This document shows positions 39,846-48,027 of a stretch of 48,027 bases of DNA, piece after piece. This DNA is from Acidimicrobiia bacterium (GTDB taxonomy: Bacteria; Actinomycetota; Acidimicrobiia; Spongiisociales; SHLN01). The stretch is from contig JBFKDW010000012.1 in NCBI GenBank assembly GCA_041619515.1, forward strand, positions 1 through 48,027, in the 5' to 3' direction. Position numbers and translations under genes: made by a program. Position 1 is the first letter of the stretch. Every line of letters starts with the position of its first letter. Under the pieces are notes generated by a model. The model worked only from the letters and a program-made list of their open reading frames with translations, was not told the DNA's origin and did not search any database.

Positions 39846-40400
39846 ATGGAGATTCAGGTTCACGGCAAGAAGACCCAGGTCAGCAACGACATCAACGAGC
39901 TCGTCGTCCAGAAGCTGGAGAGCGCCGCCCGCTTCTGGGACGGCAAAGTCGGGATCACCGACGTAGAGCTATCGGAGGAGGCCAACCCTCGCCAGAGCGC
40001 CGATCGCTACCGGGTCGAGATCACGGCTCCGGTGGCCGGCCACATCATTCGCGTGCAAAGCACGAGCCATGACCAGCACGCGGCCGTCGATGCCGCCGTG
40101 GGCAAGTTCGAACGGCGCCTGCGCCGCCTCAAGGATCGCATCATCGACCGCAGCCGAAACAACAACAAACGGCTCAATCACGGGGCCGCAGCGGCCGAAG
40201 AAGAGGAGGAATTGCCGCCCAGTGCTTCGATCGTGCGTACCAAACAGTTCACGATGAAGCCCATGAGCCCCGAGGAGGCTGCGTTGCAGCTGGAGATGCT
40301 CGGACATAGCTTCTTCTTCTTTCTCAACGCCGAGACGGACGGCCACGCCGTGCTGTACCGCCGCCGGGACGGGCAGTTGGGGTTGATCGAATCGAGATGA
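39846..40400 (+). CDS. hpf: Ribosome hibernation promoting factor (long HPF/RaiA)
   Basis: MEIQVHGK, AAVDAAVGKFERRLRRLK, IVRTKQFTMKPMSPEEA, VLYRRRDG. Confidence 0.94.
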   Translation: MEIQVHGKKTQVSNDINELVVQKLESAARFWDGKVGITDVELSEEANPRQSADRYRVEITAPVAGHIIRVQSTSHDQHAAVDAAVGKFERRLRRLKDRIIDRSRNNNKRLNHGAAAAEEEEELPPSASIVRTKQFTMKPMSPEEAALQLEMLGHSFFFFLNAETDGHAVLYRRRDGQLGLIESR

Positions 40401-41047
40401 CCAGAGTTCTCGTCGTCGACGACGCGCCGCTGTTTCGGACGGGCCTGCGGGCCGCGTTGACCGAAGCGGCCTTCGACGTCGTCGGCGAGGCCGAGGATGC
40501 CCCCTCGGCGGTGATCGAAGCCGAGCGGCTTCAGCCGGATGTGATTGTTCTCGATGTGCTGATGCCGGGTCAGTCCGGCCTCGAGGTGGTCGACAAGCTG
40601 CTGGCGGCCGCGCCCGACACCAAGGTCGTGCTGCTGACCGTGAGCGAATCCGAGGATGATCTCCTCACCGGCATCAAGGCGGGCGCCCGCGGATACGTCA
40701 TCAAGGACACACCGTTCCCGTCGCTGGCAACCGCGATCACAGACGTGGTGAAGAACGGAGCGGTCGTTTCGCCGCGGATGGCTGCCAAGCTGTTCAACGT
40801 AGTGCAACAAATGCTTCGCCATCGCGAGCTGGCGGCCAGCCGCCGCCCCACGCTCACAGGTCGTGAGATCGAGGTCTTGCAGCTGGTGGCTCAGGGCTAC
40901 ACCAGCCGGGAGATCGGAGAACAACTCTTCATCTCTGAGAACACGGTGAAGAATCACGTCAGGAACATCCTCGACAAGCTCGGTCTCCACTCCCGGAACG
41001 AAGCTGTCCTCTATGCGCTGCGGGAGAACCTGATCGACCTCGGCTGA
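40397..41047 (+). CDS. LuxR/NarL family response regulator (no cognate kinase in the window)
   Basis: VVDD, VLDVLMP, GYVIK, LTGREIEVLQLVAQG, TVKNHVRNILDKL. Confidence 0.93.
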   Translation: MTRVLVVDDAPLFRTGLRAALTEAAFDVVGEAEDAPSAVIEAERLQPDVIVLDVLMPGQSGLEVVDKLLAAAPDTKVVLLTVSESEDDLLTGIKAGARGYVIKDTPFPSLATAITDVVKNGAVVSPRMAAKLFNVVQQMLRHRELAASRRPTLTGREIEVLQLVAQGYTSREIGEQLFISENTVKNHVRNILDKLGLHSRNEAVLYALRENLIDLG

Positions 41048-42915
41048 TGGACGCCGCCACGCTCGTTCAAGCCCTTGCCGTTGCATGGAATGGCTTTCAG
41101 CTCTACCCGGACCCCAAAGCGGTCGCCTCGTTCATGACGGCCGTCGAAACCATCGGAGAGTACGCCGGCAGCCCGTACATCCTCACGATTGGCGTCGAGG
41201 GTTTCGAATCGGCGGGTGAGGTGGTGCCTGCGCAAAACAACGCGGCCGGCCGTCTCGCCCAAGCCCTCTTCGCCGAACGGGTTGAGAATCTGGCCATTGC
41301 AGTTGCTCCAGACGCCGAGGAGGTCATCCAATTCTGCTCCCTTCTCGACCAGGGTCCCGACCAGCTGGATGCGGATCTCGATCTCCCCACCCGGCTCCAG
41401 CTGGCCGGGGTCTCTGCGATACGCGTCCGTTGCCACGAGATCCTCAAAGACCGTGAGGAGGAAGAGGCGGACCCGGTCGACGAGCATGCCGCAGATCGCG
41501 AGCCCGATATCCAGGCTCTGTTCGAGGACAACGCCGTCATCACCCTCGCCAAGCGGTTCGCGCACGCTGGGTCGGAGGGGGCCGCCGCTGAGGACTTCGT
41601 GGCGGTCTATCGAGCGACCTACGCGCAGGTCAAGCCAGGCGATACAAAAGGCCTTCAGCGGGTGGTGCAGACATTCGTCGATGCCTTCTTTCGGCTCGAC
41701 CACGACTACCGCTCATCTATTTTCGAGGCGATCCTGGCCGTCCGCGACGAAGAGCCATTCCGGAATTTCCTGGATCAGCTATCAGCCGGCGAGCTTCTCG
41801 ACCTGAGCCGGACGGTTGCGGACTCGGCGCTTCCACTGCTCATCGAATACGCCAGGGTCGTATCCGAGATGCAAGGCCACGACTCCGGCCTTGTCGAACA
41901 GCTGGTCGAGGAGGGCGCCGACAGCCGGCAAGTGGTCGCCGGCAGCGTCGGGTTGCACCTCGCCCGATTCCTGAACACGGCGGCGCCCGATGAGGGCGAG
42001 GCCCGGGTGGTCGAGGACGTCCGGCAACTGCCGGGCGCTCCCCGAGCCGGCTGGAGCGTGTTGACCGACCTCTTCGCCCTCGAGCGAAGGCCGGAACGGG
42101 TGGGAAGGCTGCTCCGCATCTGGGTTTCGAAGGTTGTTGCCTCGGTGCGGGCACGGGACTTTGCCTCGGCGGTCCGCTGGGTGGATGTTCTCGAATCTGC
42201 CGAAGTCGACGCCCAGCTTCTGAATGCCGCCTACACCGAAGCCGCCAGCGATGAAGTGCTCGCCGTCCTCTCGGGGGAGGGAGAGGACGACGAAGCCGAC
42301 GTCCGGCGCGAGCTGTTCGCAACGTTGTCCCGCCGGGCCGGTGGCCGCGTCATCGAGCAACTGGCCGTCGAACAGGACCCGGGACGCCGCCGGATGCTCA
42401 TCGATCTTGTCACCGAGATCGCCAGGATCGACATCCGATCGGTGCTTCCCGGCCTGTCGGATCCGCGATGGTTCGTGGTGAGGAATGTGGCAATCGCCCT
42501 TGGCAAATCTGCCCGCAAGGCCGCCGGGGACCCGCTCGTCAAAGTCGTCGGCCATGAGGACCATCGGGTACGCATCGAGGCCCTCCGGGCTCTCATCCCC
42601 TGCCTCGGGGTCGGCGCACTCGACCATCTCGTTGAGGCTCTCGCCGACGAGCACGTCAGGGTTCGAGCTGCTGCGTCGGACCTTCTCGGCACGCTCGATG
42701 ATGAGGTCGTGGTGCCGGCCCTCAGCTCGGCTCTCGGTAACGAGACTCTGCCCGTGGAAGTCCGGATCGCAGTGATCGATGCGCTCAGGTCACACCGCAC
42801 CGAATCGGCCCGGGGCGCATTGCGCAGTATCGCCGAGTCCAAGGCGCGATTCTCCCCCTCGGCCCGCACCCTGCGCTCCGCCGCCAGAGACGCGTTGAGG
42901 TCCACGAATGGGTAA
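41047..42915 (+). CDS. HEAT-repeat domain protein
   Basis: C-terminal HEAT repeats (LSDPRWFVVRNVAIALG, HEDHRVRIEALRAL, DEHVRVRAAA). TGATG overlap. Confidence 0.85.
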   Translation: MDAATLVQALAVAWNGFQLYPDPKAVASFMTAVETIGEYAGSPYILTIGVEGFESAGEVVPAQNNAAGRLAQALFAERVENLAIAVAPDAEEVIQFCSLLDQGPDQLDADLDLPTRLQLAGVSAIRVRCHEILKDREEEEADPVDEHAADREPDIQALFEDNAVITLAKRFAHAGSEGAAAEDFVAVYRATYAQVKPGDTKGLQRVVQTFVDAFFRLDHDYRSSIFEAILAVRDEEPFRNFLDQLSAGELLDLSRTVADSALPLLIEYARVVSEMQGHDSGLVEQLVEEGADSRQVVAGSVGLHLARFLNTAAPDEGEARVVEDVRQLPGAPRAGWSVLTDLFALERRPERVGRLLRIWVSKVVASVRARDFASAVRWVDVLESAEVDAQLLNAAYTEAASDEVLAVLSGEGEDDEADVRRELFATLSRRAGGRVIEQLAVEQDPGRRRMLIDLVTEIARIDIRSVLPGLSDPRWFVVRNVAIALGKSARKAAGDPLVKVVGHEDHRVRIEALRALIPCLGVGALDHLVEALADEHVRVRAAASDLLGTLDDEVVVPALSSALGNETLPVEVRIAVIDALRSHRTESARGALRSIAESKARFSPSARTLRSAARDALRSTNG

Positions 42916-44239
42916 CAAGGCCGCCGCCGAGTTCCTGGCATCGCTGAAGCGAGCAGTCTCGAATGTCCACCTCTACCCGTCCGGTCATCCCCAGAGTGAC
43001 GCCGCCCTCGACATGCTGGCAGAAACCGCAGGAGCCCTCACCGGCGGCTTCGACGCAGTCGTGTTGTCACTCATGGACAGCGCCTTCTTCCTGGATCGGG
43101 TCCTGCTGCCGCAAGAGAGCCTCGAATACCGCGACCTGTACCGACTATTTCAAGATCTGGGCCTCGATTCGGTCTCAATCGTCGGCCGGCCCACCATCGG
43201 TGACCTCACCGAGCTGGCGGCGTTCCTGGCAGGCGAGGGTTCCGACGTGCCGGTCGATGGAACCGTGCTGCTCAACGAGCGCCCGTACAATCGCTCAGAC
43301 CTGGTCAACCTCTCATCGATGTCTGCCATCAGGCGCTCCTACGCCGCCTCCCTCGATTTTCTGAGCGGGGTTGGCGAATCCATAGAGGGCGGGGAGGATG
43401 CCGACCTCTCGGAGGCGGTGTGGACCGTCGAGCAGCTGCTCGAACAGGTTCTCCTCCAGCCGGGGGCGTCGCTGCTTCTCTCGACACTCAAGACGCACGA
43501 CGAGTACACCTTCTACCACTCGATCAATACGTCGCTCCTGGCGCTGGCCGTGGGCCAGGCGATCGGTTTGAACAACGACCAACTGATCGAGCTGGGGATG
43601 GGCGCTCTGCTCCACGACCTCGGCAAGATCAGGGTGCCGAGCGAGATCATCCAGTATCCGGGCCGGCTCGACGACGACATGTGGGCCGAGATAAAACGGC
43701 ACCCTCAGGAGGGTGCGCAGGCGATCCTGGCGGGCAGCGGGGATGGGCAGGAGATCGCAGCCCTGGTGGCCCTCGAGCATCACGCCAGGTACGACATGAG
43801 CGGCTATCCCGAGCTCGGTATTCGGGCCAAGCCCCATCTCTACAGCCGCATCACCTCGATCTGTGACATCTACGACGCACTCACCACTCGGCGCGCCTAT
43901 AAGCGAGCCATGCCGCCTGCGGCTGCCCTCAAGGCCATCATCGAGGGGGCCGGATCCCAGCTCGACCCGGAACTGGTCAACATCTTCGTCTCGATCCTCG
44001 GCATCTTCCCGGCTGGCTCACTCGTGCGGCTCGATAGCGGGGAGGTGGCGGTGGTGGTGGCGGCCGGAGGCACTTCAGACGTGATGACCTCGGTAGTGGT
44101 GATCACCGCCGACGGAGATCGGGTCGAGAAACCGGCAACCTTCGAGCTCAACGCGGCGAGCGTGGTTGGTTTGCTGCTGCCCGAGGAGGTTGGGCTCGAC
44201 CCCGCTTCTCTGGTGGAAGCCTCGCACCTCGTCGGCTGA
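42908..44239 (+). CDS. HD-GYP domain protein (putative cyclic-dinucleotide phosphodiesterase)
   Basis: HDEYTFYHS, LLHDLGK, KRHPQEG, EHHARYDMSGYP, CDIYDALTTRRAYK, GIFPAGSLVRL. Confidence 0.9.
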   Translation: MGNKAAAEFLASLKRAVSNVHLYPSGHPQSDAALDMLAETAGALTGGFDAVVLSLMDSAFFLDRVLLPQESLEYRDLYRLFQDLGLDSVSIVGRPTIGDLTELAAFLAGEGSDVPVDGTVLLNERPYNRSDLVNLSSMSAIRRSYAASLDFLSGVGESIEGGEDADLSEAVWTVEQLLEQVLLQPGASLLLSTLKTHDEYTFYHSINTSLLALAVGQAIGLNNDQLIELGMGALLHDLGKIRVPSEIIQYPGRLDDDMWAEIKRHPQEGAQAILAGSGDGQEIAALVALEHHARYDMSGYPELGIRAKPHLYSRITSICDIYDALTTRRAYKRAMPPAAALKAIIEGAGSQLDPELVNIFVSILGIFPAGSLVRLDSGEVAVVVAAGGTSDVMTSVVVITADGDRVEKPATFELNAASVVGLLLPEEVGLDPASLVEASHLVG

Positions 44240-44299
44240 CGTTGCCTCCAGCTACCGACCGCCAACAATCCGGTCACCGTTAGAATCGAGCCCTCAACC

Positions 44300-46942
<2,643 letters not shown>

Positions 46943-47052
46943 ACGGGCTCACCGGGGACCGCGGCTGCTGAGGCCCCAATCCCTGCTTCCGGCGCGCCCA
47001 CCGGGTGCACGCCATGGCTCGGCTCATCCCCATGCACCGGTATCCTGTCGGC

Positions 47053-48027
47053 ATGTCCGACCTGCGTTCACTGCTCAAAGATCTCCGCTCCCGTCTCGAT
47101 GACGCCAGGAGGTTCCTTTGACGTCGATCAGAAGATCGTTGACCTCGAGAAGCTGAGAGAGAAGGCCTCGGCCCCCGGCCTGTGGAACGACCAGGACGAA
47201 GCCCGCAAGGTGACGCGGCGGCTCGCCCGCTACGAGCAAACCATTGCGCAGGTCGACGCCATCGCCTCCGCCCTCGACGATGCTGAGACCCTGCTCGACC
47301 TCGGGGAAGCCGAGGAAGACGACTCGGCCGTGAAGGAGGCGGCGGCCGAGCTCGACAGCGTGGAGGTCGAGCTGGCCAACCTCGAGCGGACGAGCCTCTT
47401 CTTCGGAGAGTACGACGACAATGCAGCCATCGTTTCGGTCCATGCCGGTGCCGGCGGTGTCGACGCGCAGGATTGGGCCGAGATGCTCCTGAGGATGTAT
47501 ACCCGCTATCTCGACACCGCCGGTTTCGATGTCGAAGTCGACGACATCCAGGAAGGGGAGGAGGCCGGCATCAAGTCAGCCTCATTCACCGTACGGGGTG
47601 ATTTCGCATACGGAAACATGGAGGGCGAGCGCGGGGTGCATCGGATGGTACGGATGAGCCCCTTCGATGCCGCCAACCGCCGGCATACCTCGTTCGCCGC
47701 AGTCGATGTCATTCCCGAGGTGGAAGAGGCGCCCTTCGAGATCAGCCCCGACGATCTCCGGATCGACGTCATGCGAGCCCAGGGTGCAGGCGGCCAGCAC
47801 GTCAACACGACCGATTCGGCAGTGCGCATCACCCATCTTCCGACCAATATCGTCGTAACCTGCCAGGCGGAGCGCTCCCAGCTCCAGAATCGAGCCCGGG
47901 CCATGGAGCTGCTCAACTCGAGGCTCGCCGAGCTTGCCCGCCAGCAGCATGCCGACCGTCTCGAGGAGATCCGCGGTGAACAGAACGAGGCTGCCTGGGG
48001 CCACCAGATCCGCAGCTATGTGCTGGC
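47053..48027 (+). CDS. prfB: Peptide chain release factor 2, translated via +1 programmed frameshift; 3'-partial
   Basis: ATG 47053, 22 codons to CTT TGA C (47116-47122). The +1 frame continues DVDQKIV...LWND...GAGGVDAQDWA...SPF (47657)...GGQ (47789)...WGHQIRSYVL. Confidence 0.95.
47107..47122 (+). other. RF2 +1 programmed ribosomal frameshift site
   Basis: AGGAGG-TTC-CTT-TGA-C: internal Shine-Dalgarno 3 nt upstream of the CTT TGAC shift site, the canonical prfB motif. Confidence 0.95.

Noticed and set aside
46943..47040. secA-prfB intergenic region as a structured ncRNA
   Set aside because: Only an imperfect CCGGGTGCA/TGCACCGG repeat in GC-rich sequence; no recognisable riboswitch or tRNA features.
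47116..47122. In-frame TGA in prfB read as a pseudogene or sequencing error
   Set aside because: Matches the canonical programmed frameshift context; SPF and GGQ motifs are intact downstream.

Overview
High-GC, gene-dense chromosomal segment, most likely from an Actinomycetota genome. It probably comes from a deep-branching class such as Acidimicrobiia; this is inferred from gene content and gene order, not from a marker gene. About 40 CDS are present. I found no rRNA, tRNA, CRISPR array, transposase or integrase. The backbone follows the conserved actinobacterial order accA/accD/birA - LCP - sugar-nucleotide genes - cofE/cofD - membrane GT2 - DUF5719 - DUF3499 - manB - ahcY - comF - hpf - LuxR regulator - secA, followed by prfB with a +1 programmed frameshift. 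whiB and mtrAB-lpqB are missing from their usual slots. The most interesting candidate system involves three proteins with GH26-like, CAP and SpoIID/LytB N-terminal domains. They share a C-terminal module of GDWDGDG repeats that looks like a velcro-closed 5-blade beta-propeller. A sigma28/WhiG-type promoter motif (TCAAG-N14/15-GCCGA) lies in front of two of them and also in front of the ugd-uxs-GT2-manC-epimerase operon, suggesting a co-regulated surface-protein plus glycan programme. Other notable items are a possibly inactive GH26 (nucleophile E->Q), an 18-bp bidirectional leaderless promoter, a HEAT + HD-GYP gene pair sharing an N-terminal motif, a stand-alone CofE, a Rex/CRP-type operator, and a cluster of small Cys-rich proteins.
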